NCBI GenBank assembly: GCA_964473565.1
Contig: CAYYPI010000001.1
Coordinates: 57,854-121,853 of the forward strand
Length of the DNA stretch: 64,000 nt
Source: an uncultured Gammaproteobacteria bacterium
GTDB taxonomy: Bacteria > Patescibacteriota > Patescibacteriia > Patescibacteriales > UBA12465
Reading direction: 5' to 3'
Both the position numbers and the translations under genes were made by a program. Positions 21,005-29,607 of this stretch are shown piece by piece (position 1 is the first letter of the stretch; each line of letters opens with the position of its first letter). Below the pieces are notes generated by a model, which was not told the origin of the DNA, made no database searches, and was given only the letters and a program-made list of their open reading frames with translations.

Positions 21005-22135
21005 ATGAATATTGAAATTTGTAAAAAAATCAAACAACCTGAAGGTTTTGAGGCATCCGTGCCTAACGATTTTCCTGTCAAAGGCCTGTTTGACATTTCT
21101 CAAGAATTGATAAATAAAGCAGGAGAGGCGGAGAGGTTAGTAGGAAAACTGGATGGCATAACTCAAATATTGCCAGATGTTCAGTTTTTTTTGAAAATGT
21201 TTTCATTAAAAGACGCTACCTCTTCAGCTCAAATTGAAGGAACTCAGGCAACTATTGTAGATGCTGTTGAGATGGACGCTGGAATTGATGGAAAAGAAAG
21301 CGATGCGCAAGATATTATTTTCTACATCAAGGCTCTTGAATATGGTATTGAAAGAATAAAAGAGTTTCCTTTATCATTAAGATTTATACGTGAACTACAC
21401 TCTAAATTAATGAAAGGTGCTCGTTCAACTCATTTTTCTGATCCTGGAGAATTTCGTAATTCACAAAATTGGATAGGGGGAACATCTCCCGCGAACGCTG
21501 CTTTCGTTCCACCGCCTGTTCATGAAATGAAAAGAGCTCTAAATGATTTAGAAAAGTTTATGTATGATCAAAAGTCAACATTACCTATTATTCATATAGC
21601 ATTTTTGCATGCTCAATTTGAAACAATCCATCCGTTTCTAGATGGTAATGGACGAGCAGGCAGGCTGTTGATTACTTTAGCTTTGTATAAAATGAAATTA
21701 TTAGAGAACCCTGTACTGTTTTTGTCTTCTTATTTTAAGCAACATCAAAAAGTATACTATTCTAAACTCAACAACTATCATTCAGGTGAGGTGTTTGAAT
21801 GGTTAGAATTCTTTTTAGATGGGGTTATTGATACAGCAAATAAATCAATTTCTATAGCAAAAAAAATTAAAGATATTTATAAGAATGATATGTTAAAGAT
21901 ACAGGCTCTTGCAAAAAGAGAGTCTGAAAGTGGAGCTTTAGTTTTATCTAAATTATATGGTAATCCAATTATAACAACTAAAATTATAATGGACTGGACA
22001 GGGTTTACACGTTCAGGGGCTCAAAAAGTGATAAACAGATTTGTAAAAATTGGAATATTGGAAATACGTGACGAAGAAGGAACTTATGATAAAAAGTATT
22101 CTTATAAAAAATATTTAGAAGTCTTTATTAATTAA
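21005..22135 (+). CDS. Fic-family protein (AMPylase-type), class II with N-terminal inhibitory motif
   Basis: Fic motif HPFLDGNGRAGR; upstream SxxxEG inhibitory helix motif (TSSAQIEGTQ). Confidence 0.85.
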   Translation: MNIEICKKIKQPEGFEASVPNDFPVKGLFDISQELINKAGEAERLVGKLDGITQILPDVQFFLKMFSLKDATSSAQIEGTQATIVDAVEMDAGIDGKESDAQDIIFYIKALEYGIERIKEFPLSLRFIRELHSKLMKGARSTHFSDPGEFRNSQNWIGGTSPANAAFVPPPVHEMKRALNDLEKFMYDQKSTLPIIHIAFLHAQFETIHPFLDGNGRAGRLLITLALYKMKLLENPVLFLSSYFKQHQKVYYSKLNNYHSGEVFEWLEFFLDGVIDTANKSISIAKKIKDIYKNDMLKIQALAKRESESGALVLSKLYGNPIITTKIIMDWTGFTRSGAQKVINRFVKIGILEIRDEEGTYDKKYSYKKYLEVFIN

Positions 22136-22206
22136 AAGAATATTCTTAACCACTTTCAATAACTTAACCCTAAGACAGATTTGACTAAGTTCCAGTTTGG
22201 AGCTCA

Positions 22207-22256
22207 CTAAATTATTGAAATAGCAGAATTTAAAAGCTCTGTTTTTTTTGCTATTT
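22207..22256 (+). repeat. imperfect copy of the sequence flanking tRNA-Gly (att-like)
   Basis: gctcactaaattattgaaatagcagaatttaaaagctctgtttttttt vs 16874-16926 gctcactgaattatcgcaagaagcagagtttaaaagctctgttttttt. Confidence 0.6.
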
Positions 22257-22385
22257 TTTTAAAACATTACTAAATTAATCATTATAATTATTAATAAAAA
22301 ATTAAGTAAATATTTGTTAAAGTTAAATTAACTCTAATTAATCTAAAGAGTAAAATTAAAACATGAAAGAAAAGAAAATAAAAAA

Positions 22386-22853
22386 TTAGCAATTTATCAA
22401 GCAGAAAATGGTGCAACAATTGAACTTTCTGTTGATTATAAAAAGGATACTATTTGGGCAAGTATAAATGAAATTGCCCTTCTTTTTGAAATTAATAAAT
22501 CAAATGTTTCTAGACATGTGAAAAATATTTTTTCTGAAGAAGAGGTTGTAAAAGATGCAACTGTTGCAAAAAACGCAACAGTTCGAAGGAAAGAAGGAGG
22601 CAGAGAAGTAGAAAGACAAATAGATTGTTATAGTTTAGATATAATTATAGCTATAGGATATAGAGCTAGATCAACAAAAAGGGCTACAGAGTTTCGTAAG
22701 TGGGCAACTAAAATTTTAAAAGAGCATATTACTCAAGGCTATACCATTAATGAAAATATTTTAAAGAAAAAGCAAGATTTATATCTAAAAGCTTTGGAAG
22801 ATATAAAATTATTATCTAAAAATAATAAAAACCTAAAACAAGTGATGTTTTAG
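22386..22853 (+). CDS. RhuM-family (virulence/defense-island) protein; N-terminus lacks canonical start, possible frameshift
   Basis: ATVAKNATVRRKEGGREVERQIDCYSLDIIIAIGYRARSTKRATEFRKWATKILKEHITQGYTINE matches RhuM core; conserved N-terminal region (LAIYQAENGATIELSVDYKKDTIW…) is in frame upstream of the GTG used by the ORF track but the only ATG (22363) is in another frame across a poly-A run. Confidence 0.65.
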   Translation, partial: LAIYQAENGATIELSVDYKKDTIWASINEIALLFEINKSNVSRHVKNIFSEEEVVKDATVAKNATVRRKEGGREVERQIDCYSLDIIIAIGYRARSTKRATEFRKWATKILKEHITQGYTINENILKKKQDLYLKALEDIKLLSKNNKNLKQVMF

Positions 22854-23017
22854 AGCTTATTAAATCTTTTGCTTATTTTGTTCAATGTAAAAAATGCATT
22901 AATATAAGTTGTACTTTTATTTTTTTGAAAAAGTTGTTTTGTAAAAATCCATTTTTATTGTTTTCAAGCTTTAAAACTGATAAACTTGTATTATAATTAA
23001 TAAAAGCGTAGTTTTAT

Positions 23018-23653
23018 ATGAATTTTGAAAAAAACTTTTTTGAGAATAATAAAAAAGAAAAAAATTTTGAGTTAAATTTTGAAGAAATGAATAATAAGGA
23101 AGTTCAGGATTCTTGCACTGCTATAGCCAATGAAATGCAAGGGTATTTGTCAATTCCTGCTAACATTAACTTTAAACCATCAAAAAATAGTGAAAACAAT
23201 GGATTTGCTTCGATATTACATAAAGAGTATAGAGATCCTGATTATCAGCATAATATTACTATAATTTACACTAATGAACATATAGAAGAAATACCATTTT
23301 ATTTAGCACATGAATTGGGACATTGTTTTGAAGAGCAAATTATTGATGTAGCCAAAAAAAATAAACTAGAGGTATACCCTAAAGAGTCACCCCTTTATGA
23401 TGAAATGGATTGGGAAGGGCCTTATGGTGATTTAATCGCTACTTACATTTTATCGCCTGAAAGTTTTAAAAAAAATGAAAATTTACCATATTTAGATAAT
23501 TGCAAAATAATTTTTAATGAGATCTTTGAAAACAAAGATTTTTCTGATTTAAGAACTCAAGTAGAAAAAAGTCAAAAAGAAAATAGCCAAGATTTTATTG
23601 GAGACAGAGTGTTTGATAAAATTAAAGAATATTTTGAAAAAAATAATAAATAA
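23018..23653 (+). CDS. hypothetical protein with HExxH zinc-peptidase motif (ImmA/IrrE-like?)
   Basis: 211 aa; AHELGHCFEE motif. Confidence 0.45.
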   Translation: MNFEKNFFENNKKEKNFELNFEEMNNKEVQDSCTAIANEMQGYLSIPANINFKPSKNSENNGFASILHKEYRDPDYQHNITIIYTNEHIEEIPFYLAHELGHCFEEQIIDVAKKNKLEVYPKESPLYDEMDWEGPYGDLIATYILSPESFKKNENLPYLDNCKIIFNEIFENKDFSDLRTQVEKSQKENSQDFIGDRVFDKIKEYFEKNNK

Positions 23654-23786
23654 TAAAGTGTTGAACTACGAAAACTTTAATAAAAGTTAATGCTAATAAT
23701 AACTTAGTTAAAAAATTATTTTTAAAAGAGAGCCTCAGTGTGTTAGTTAAAAAGAAAAAAAGGAGGTTTTTAAACCTCCTTTTGTT

Positions 23787-24059
23787 TTAGAAATCAATAT
23801 CAGTTCTGATATTAATTTTTTGTCCTTGTTTTAAATTTGGTATTTCCGTGGTTTCGTGAAAACTACCATTTTCAAACGTAAAGTGAGATTTGCCAGCCCC
23901 TTGAAAGACAGCGCCTCCATCGAACTTACTAACAATTCTAGCTTGTTCGATTTCTCTACCTTGAAATTGAGTATTTCTGGGACCGCAATGCGGACAACCC
24001 GGAACACCTCCTGCACAAATAGCACAACGCATAAATACCTCCTTTTTTAAAATGAACAA
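23787..24059 (-). CDS. small zinc-ribbon protein
   Basis: 90 aa; N-terminal CAICAGGVPGCPHC (CxxC-x7-CxxC); convergent with HExxH gene, shared bidirectional terminator at 23758-23790. Confidence 0.4.
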   Translation of the reverse strand: MFILKKEVFMRCAICAGGVPGCPHCGPRNTQFQGREIEQARIVSKFDGGAVFQGAGKSHFTFENGSFHETTEIPNLKQGQKINIRTDIDF

Positions 24060-24203
24060 ATGTTTATAATATAGTACAATGTATTTATTTTTACTTCAAG
24101 TGATTAAAATATATAAATTGATTTCTAAGCCTATAAAAGCTATAATAAAGTTGTAGAGCTTATAATTAAATGAATAAATTGCTATTCATATATATTTTTA
24201 ATT

Positions 24204-25010
24204 ATGTATATTGCATTTGATATTGGGGGTACTAATACTAGAGTGGGTAGTTTTGTTGATTTTAAAAATATAAAAGAAATAAATCGCTATAAGACTCCTA
24301 AATCATACCAAGAGGGCTTTAATAAAATAGTTGAAAGTATTAATGAGCTCAAAGAAGGAAAGCTGAAGGGTTTAGTTTTAGCTTTACCAGGAATAATAGA
24401 TGATAAGGGAAATAAATTAAAGAGAGCCCGTAATTTAATAGATTGGGAAAACAGAGATTTAAAGAAAAAGCTATCCTCTAAATTTAACTGCCCAGTTTAT
24501 TTAGTAAATGATGCTGATTTAGCTGCCTTAGGTGAGGCTTCATTTGGGAGTGGAAAAAAATATAATTTAATTGGCTACCTTACTTTAGGCACAGGAGTAG
24601 GTGGTTCTAGAATAGTTAATAGGTCAATTGATAGATTTCATTATGGCTTTGAACCAGGTCATCAAGTTTCTTTAACTGATAAGAATGTTAGCTGGGAATC
24701 ACTTATTGGTGGTAAATCCTTTTTAAGAAAATATAAAGTCTCACCAAAAAACTGCCAAAACTCTAAGATTTGGGCCAAGTGGCATAAAGACTTGGCTTTA
24801 GGTATTATTAACTTAATTATTTTCTGGTCTCCAGAGCTAATCATATTAGGAGGTGGGCTTTCAGAAGATAAGGTTAACTTATCTATATTAAAAAAAGAAA
24901 TTGATAAAAGCCTAAAAATATTTAAAACACCTTTAATTAAGAAAGCTCAACTTAAAGACAAGTCAGCCTTGTATGGAGCAATGGCTTTTATGGAAAATAA
25001 AAATGGATAA
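24204..25010 (+). CDS. ROK-family sugar kinase (glucokinase-like)
   Basis: MYIAFDIGGTNTRVG N-terminal ATPase motif; 268 aa. Confidence 0.6.
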   Translation: MYIAFDIGGTNTRVGSFVDFKNIKEINRYKTPKSYQEGFNKIVESINELKEGKLKGLVLALPGIIDDKGNKLKRARNLIDWENRDLKKKLSSKFNCPVYLVNDADLAALGEASFGSGKKYNLIGYLTLGTGVGGSRIVNRSIDRFHYGFEPGHQVSLTDKNVSWESLIGGKSFLRKYKVSPKNCQNSKIWAKWHKDLALGIINLIIFWSPELIILGGGLSEDKVNLSILKKEIDKSLKIFKTPLIKKAQLKDKSALYGAMAFMENKNG

Positions 25011-25187
25011 AATAAATCAGAAAATATTAAAAAAGGTTAATATAAAAAATAAAATAAACAAACAGGATTATTTAACATTTCTAAGCTCAACTGAAAAAGA
25101 TAAACTTTTAAAGTAGTTATATTATTTAATATCTAAAATATAACATTTAATAATTTATTGTTCTTTTAATTTTAAAAATATCAAACT

Positions 25188-25436
25188 ATGAAAAAAACTG
25201 TTTTCTCTAAATCTGGAAGGAAAATTGAGATTGATATCTCAGACGAGGCTTGTAGTGAATTTGGTTTTAAACATGGTGCTCGTATTGTTCACCCTAATCT
25301 TGGTAAAGGCACTGTTGAAGGTGTTGGTCATGTTAATGGTTGCACAGATGTTAATGTGCTTTGGTATAAGTTAGATGTAGATGAAGGCGTCTCATTTAGT
25401 TATCCTAAGTTAGTAATAAAAGCAGTAGAAAAATAA
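25188..25436 (+). CDS. hypothetical protein
   Basis: 82 aa ORF followed by strong terminator 25467-25493. Confidence 0.3.
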   Translation: MKKTVFSKSGRKIEIDISDEACSEFGFKHGARIVHPNLGKGTVEGVGHVNGCTDVNVLWYKLDVDEGVSFSYPKLVIKAVEK

Positions 25437-25533
25437 GTTGCTTTTGGTGACTACATAGTTTTAGTTCCGCATCTGTATAGGTGCGGTTTTTTTATCTCTA
25501 ATCACCTTATATACTTGATTTAATTATTTCTTT

Positions 25534-25926
25534 TTGCTACTATTTTTAAGTTCTTTAAAAAATAATAAAAACATGGAAAATGCAAAAGATTTAAAAAGAC
25601 GTCAAAAAACATTACAAGAAAAAATGCTTTCAAGTGTTGTTGCTAAGCACTCAACTCAAAACAAACAACGTTTTAGATTAAACGGTTATTTGTATGATTT
25701 GAGAGTCGGCTATAACAAGGATGAATTTGAGATTATGCCAGGAGAATTTATTTTAGACGAAAAGAATCTTTTATGGATTTGCTTAGGCGCAGGAAAAGCT
25801 CCAGATTTTGGTAATGGAGAGGTGTTGTGGTTTTTAGCTGAAAAAGATAATGTTAAATTTTTTGATAATTTTTCATTAGAAGATTCTACTAATCTTTTCA
25901 GTAAAACACCTTCACTGCTAATTTAA
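25534..25926 (+). CDS. hypothetical protein
   Basis: 130 aa ORF, no recognised motif. Confidence 0.3.
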   Translation: MLLFLSSLKNNKNMENAKDLKRRQKTLQEKMLSSVVAKHSTQNKQRFRLNGYLYDLRVGYNKDEFEIMPGEFILDEKNLLWICLGAGKAPDFGNGEVLWFLAEKDNVKFFDNFSLEDSTNLFSKTPSLLI

Positions 25927-26004
25927 TTAGTTCTTTTATTTGTTTTATTAAAATCTAACCAAACCTCACTATTATATGTGGGGTTTTATTATTTATATTA
26001 AAAA

Positions 26005-26030
26005 ACAGCTCTTAGATTTGAGCTGTTTTG
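26005..26030. terminator. bidirectional rho-independent terminator
   Basis: acagctcttagatttgagctgt hairpin flanked by A5 and T4. Confidence 0.45.
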
Positions 26031-26036
26031 TTTAAT

Positions 26037-27455
26037 TTATTTTGCAAGGTACTCTTTAGTCATTGAGACAATTTCCCTGGCTTTTTTACTGGCATTACCG
26101 GTGTAACGAGAGGGCTCTTTTAGTAATTGAATGATATTTTCTGGAATGGTTTCAACTACTTGACTCAAGTCTCCATCATATTGAGCAAAATAATTTAAAG
26201 CCTGCAACAAAGTTCTGCCTGTTTTTTTAGCAAAAGGCATTAAGTCTTCGTTAACCAATTTGTGAGCATCTCCAGTGTAACCAGCCATTTGCAGTGCAAT
26301 ATACAAAGGCTCTGCAATTACTAAACCGGCACTCATTTTCAGGTTTTCTTGGCACTTTTTGGTGTGAATCTCAATCCTTTCAAAAAAGCTTTCATTTTGT
26401 TTGTTTGTTCGTAATAAGGTATCAAGCTGTTTTTGTAGGTTAATCAAAATGATGGGAAAGTCACGTGAGACTGAGCTACCAACCAAATCTCTTTGGTGTT
26501 CACTAATTAAAGTGTCCATAACCTTACCAAACTCATTTTTTGTTTTAATCCACATCCCTTCAGTGTTTTCAAAATTTTTGGGATTTCTTTTGTGCGGCAT
26601 AGTAGACGAGCCTACTTGGTTTTTTTCAAATACTTCACTTAATTCTGCAATTTCAGTTCTCATTAAATTTCTACCATCCCTGCCAAGTTGAGCCAAGGAG
26701 GCGGACATCATGGAAACAGAAAACAAGAAGTAAGCTAAAGGTTCAGGGGGAAGTATTTGCGTGCTAATGGGTGCTGCTTTAAGACCAAGCTTTTCTAAAA
26801 CTTGCTTTTCAAAGCTTTTACCGGATCTTTCAAGGTTCAAACCCATTTGAGCATTATATGCTCCCACTGCACCAGAAATCTTACCAACCAGTCCCTTTGC
26901 GCTGTCATCCATTTGCTTTAAGTTAAACAAAATTCTGTTTAATATGCTTGCTAACCAAAAACCAACTGTGATAGGAAGGGCGTGTTGTCCATGAGTTCTG
27001 CCAATTTGAGGAATCTCAGCAAATTCTTCAGTTTTAACCATCATCTGGTTTGTCAGTTTAACAATAGACTCCCTAATAAGGTTGTAAGCTTGTATAAATT
27101 GCAAGCTACGGCCGGTGTCAATGACATCATAACTGGTTAGAGGTATGTGCACCCAGCGCTGCAGTCTTTTGTTTAAAAGAGATTTAATTTTCTGAACTAA
27201 AGCACGAATGTCATGATGTGTTACTTCTCTTTCAATTTGGTCAATTTCTGAAGTTTTGATTTTGAGTAACTCCTTTTTAATCTCTTCACTTAGAGATTGA
27301 TAGTCTGCTTTCGGGATTACTGAATTTTCATACAATGCCTCCATTGTGGCTAACTCAACTAAAACATAAGGTTTGTACAAGTTATCATAGCCAAAAATGT
27401 TTAGCATTTTTTTGGGTTGATACCTTGGATTACCAGGTAAGAATAAATTTTCCAT
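26037..27455 (-). CDS. purB: fumarate-lyase superfamily enzyme, most likely adenylosuccinate lyase
   Basis: 472 aa; signature GSSTMPHKRNP. Confidence 0.6.
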   Translation of the reverse strand: MENLFLPGNPRYQPKKMLNIFGYDNLYKPYVLVELATMEALYENSVIPKADYQSLSEEIKKELLKIKTSEIDQIEREVTHHDIRALVQKIKSLLNKRLQRWVHIPLTSYDVIDTGRSLQFIQAYNLIRESIVKLTNQMMVKTEEFAEIPQIGRTHGQHALPITVGFWLASILNRILFNLKQMDDSAKGLVGKISGAVGAYNAQMGLNLERSGKSFEKQVLEKLGLKAAPISTQILPPEPLAYFLFSVSMMSASLAQLGRDGRNLMRTEIAELSEVFEKNQVGSSTMPHKRNPKNFENTEGMWIKTKNEFGKVMDTLISEHQRDLVGSSVSRDFPIILINLQKQLDTLLRTNKQNESFFERIEIHTKKCQENLKMSAGLVIAEPLYIALQMAGYTGDAHKLVNEDLMPFAKKTGRTLLQALNYFAQYDGDLSQVVETIPENIIQLLKEPSRYTGNASKKAREIVSMTKEYLAK

Positions 27456-27629
27456 TGCTATTAATTTTGATTAAACATTATTTGATTGTAAAGAATATTA
27501 AATTCTATGATATTGTCTAAGTTTTGTCAATTTAAAATTGAGTTTAAACTGCATTATTTCAGTATTTTGTAATTATAATGTATTTATTCTATTATATAGA
27601 TATATTATTATAGTTTTAAATATTCTTAC

Positions 27630-28811
27630 ATGACTCAGATTAATAAGTTTTATTTAGCTTCCTTTTTAAAGAATCAAATTTACTTTGTTCCTGTTATTGT
27701 TTTATTTTTTCAAGACCTCGGTCTTGACTATGCACAAATCTTTTGGATATTCACTGCTGGCTCTATCTTCGCTTTTATTATTGAAATACCCACTGGGATA
27801 TTAGCTGATCTTTATGGTAAGAGAACTAGTATTATTTGGTCAAAGTTTGTAATATTTTTAGCTTTTATAGCTTTTGCTATAGCTGAAAACTTTTGGGGAC
27901 TTCTTTTAGCTAATTTATTATATGAACTTGGAAAAAGCTTTCGTTCAGGCACAGAAACTGCCTTTGTTTATAATTATCTACTGGAAGATAAAAATAGGCC
28001 TAGCTATACCAAGGTAAAATCTAATCAAAAGTTTTATGCTAGAATTTCAGAAAGTATTGGTACAGCTCTGGGTGGTTTTTTAGCTTATCAATTTGGTTTT
28101 AGTTTTGTCTTCTTTATTGCTGCTATTCCAGCCTTTATTAATTTCTTGCAAACTTTAACTTGGGAAAAGATTAAAGAGAATTTGTATAAAGGTAAGTTTA
28201 GTTGGAGAAAAAATGCCCTATTTGCTACTGAGTCCATTCAGGAAATCTTTAAATCTTTTGCTTTGAGAAAAGTGGTAGCTAATATTGCTATCTTCACAGC
28301 TGTGTTTGTAGCTGCTGATAAGTTTATTCAGCCATACATGAAGGAGGTTGGCATTGAAATACAATATTTTGGTTTAATATATTCAGCCTTTTTAATATTA
28401 ACTGCTTTCTTGGTGAGGTATTCATATAAATTAGAAGATAGATTTGGCGGAGTTAGGCTTATGAATTATCTTAGTCTCTTAGCCTTTTTACCCTTAATAC
28501 TTTTAGGTACAGGTATTAGTGCTGTTTGGGGAGTAGCGCTTTTCTTTTTTGTGATGATGGTAGAAAATATTAGATCACCAATAGCTAATACTTTATTTCA
28601 TCAAAATGTTAATTCTGATAATCGCTCTACCATGGGCTCAATACTTCAGCTTTTTAAATCTTTAGCCCAGTTAATACTACTGCCTGTAATTGGTTACAGC
28701 GCAGATATCTTTAGTGCTTCTACTGCTATATTTATTTTAGGGGTAGTGTTATTTTTAAATGCTACTTTGTTTTGGATCTCCAGAAGAAATTTAAAAGAGA
28801 AGACTGTTTAA
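27630..28811 (+). CDS. MFS transporter
   Basis: 393 aa, 10-12 TM helices, MFS-like loop motif GKRTSIIW. Confidence 0.65.
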   Translation: MTQINKFYLASFLKNQIYFVPVIVLFFQDLGLDYAQIFWIFTAGSIFAFIIEIPTGILADLYGKRTSIIWSKFVIFLAFIAFAIAENFWGLLLANLLYELGKSFRSGTETAFVYNYLLEDKNRPSYTKVKSNQKFYARISESIGTALGGFLAYQFGFSFVFFIAAIPAFINFLQTLTWEKIKENLYKGKFSWRKNALFATESIQEIFKSFALRKVVANIAIFTAVFVAADKFIQPYMKEVGIEIQYFGLIYSAFLILTAFLVRYSYKLEDRFGGVRLMNYLSLLAFLPLILLGTGISAVWGVALFFFVMMVENIRSPIANTLFHQNVNSDNRSTMGSILQLFKSLAQLILLPVIGYSADIFSASTAIFILGVVLFLNATLFWISRRNLKEKTV

Positions 28812-28903
28812 AACAGAAAAAAAGATTTTATTATTAAAATTTCTTTTTAATATATAAAAATTAATAATTATTTTTTACTAATATTAAAGACAAAAAATAG
28901 GGT

Positions 28904-28932
28904 TTGACCATGTTTTGTAAATTTGCTACTAT
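28904..28932 (+). promoter_or_regulatory. sigma70-like promoter of membrane protein-nrdJ-pduO operon
   Basis: TTGACC - 17 nt - TACTAT. Confidence 0.4.
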
Positions 28933-28933
28933 A

Positions 28934-28982
28934 GCTATATATAGTAGTTTTTATTATTCTAATACCACTATATATAGTATTA
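28934..28982 (+). promoter_or_regulatory. tandem NrdR-box-like palindromes
   Basis: two copies of CTATATATAG (gctatatatagtag / cactatatatagtat), centres 34 bp apart, immediately downstream of the -10 element. Confidence 0.4.
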
Positions 28983-29008
28983 TCTTAATTTTTTAATTAT
29001 TTAACATT

Positions 29009-29560
29009 ATGAAAAATAAATCAAAAAAATCTTCATTTGATTTACTCAAAATGATAAGTGCTTGGATCCTAAGTTTTGGTCTTCGTTTAATGCCTTTTCG
29101 TCCACCAAACATTGAACCAATACTTGCTATACAAATGCCATTTACCAAAAAGTTTGGATTTATTTTTGGTTTTATGTTTGCTTTTTTTAATATTGTAATA
29201 TTTGATGTGGTAACTGGAAGAGTTGGACTTTGGACAATTATCACTGCCTCTGTTTATGGTCTCCTAGCCTTATTTTCTGCTTGGTATTTTAAAAAGCGTA
29301 AAAATAAAGCTCGTCACTATGCTATTCACGCTATTTACGCCACTCTAATATATGATGCTTTAACTGGACTAACCATTGGTCCTTTGTTTTTTGGTCAGAG
29401 TTTTTATACTACTTTAATTGGACAAATTCCTTTCACCGCTTACCACTTACTTGGTAACGTCTCTCTGGCTCTACTTTTCTCTCCTGCTATCTATAAGTTT
29501 ATGGCTACTAATCCAAAACTCAACTTTTCTTATCTAAAAAGGAAGTTATTACACGCTTAA
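29009..29560 (+). CDS. small polytopic membrane protein (candidate vitamin/B12 ECF S-component-like transporter)
   Basis: 183 aa, ~5-6 TM; co-oriented and apparently co-transcribed with B12-dependent RNR. Confidence 0.35.
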   Translation: MKNKSKKSSFDLLKMISAWILSFGLRLMPFRPPNIEPILAIQMPFTKKFGFIFGFMFAFFNIVIFDVVTGRVGLWTIITASVYGLLALFSAWYFKKRKNKARHYAIHAIYATLIYDALTGLTIGPLFFGQSFYTTLIGQIPFTAYHLLGNVSLALLFSPAIYKFMATNPKLNFSYLKRKLLHA

Positions 29561-29607
29561 AAATAATAGTATTTATAATATAAATATATAATAATAAATT
29601 AAAAAAT

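Larger units (their letters stand above)
16883..22256. mobile_element. tRNA-Gly-associated genomic (defense) island, modular, no integrase detected
   Basis: Bounded internally by a 22-nt exact direct repeat of the tRNA-Gly 3' end (20826-20847) and by an imperfect copy of the tRNA-flanking sequence (22207-22256); carries R-M, Abi, Fic genes. Confidence 0.5.

Noticed and set aside
23831-24050. Two additional overlapping ORFs on the zinc-ribbon gene (23831-24025 -, 23856-24050 +)
   Set aside because: Only one frame carries the CxxC-x7-CxxC motif and sensible composition; the others are overlapping alternatives.
16883-24200. Integrase or transposase within the island
   Set aside because: Every ORF in the region has another assignment or is too small; no recombinase motifs (R..H..R..Y or serine recombinase) were seen.
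28812-29008. Cobalamin riboswitch upstream of the B12 operon
   Set aside because: The 5' region is extremely AT-rich, lacks a B12-box-like GC-rich core, and is better explained by a promoter plus NrdR-like palindromes.
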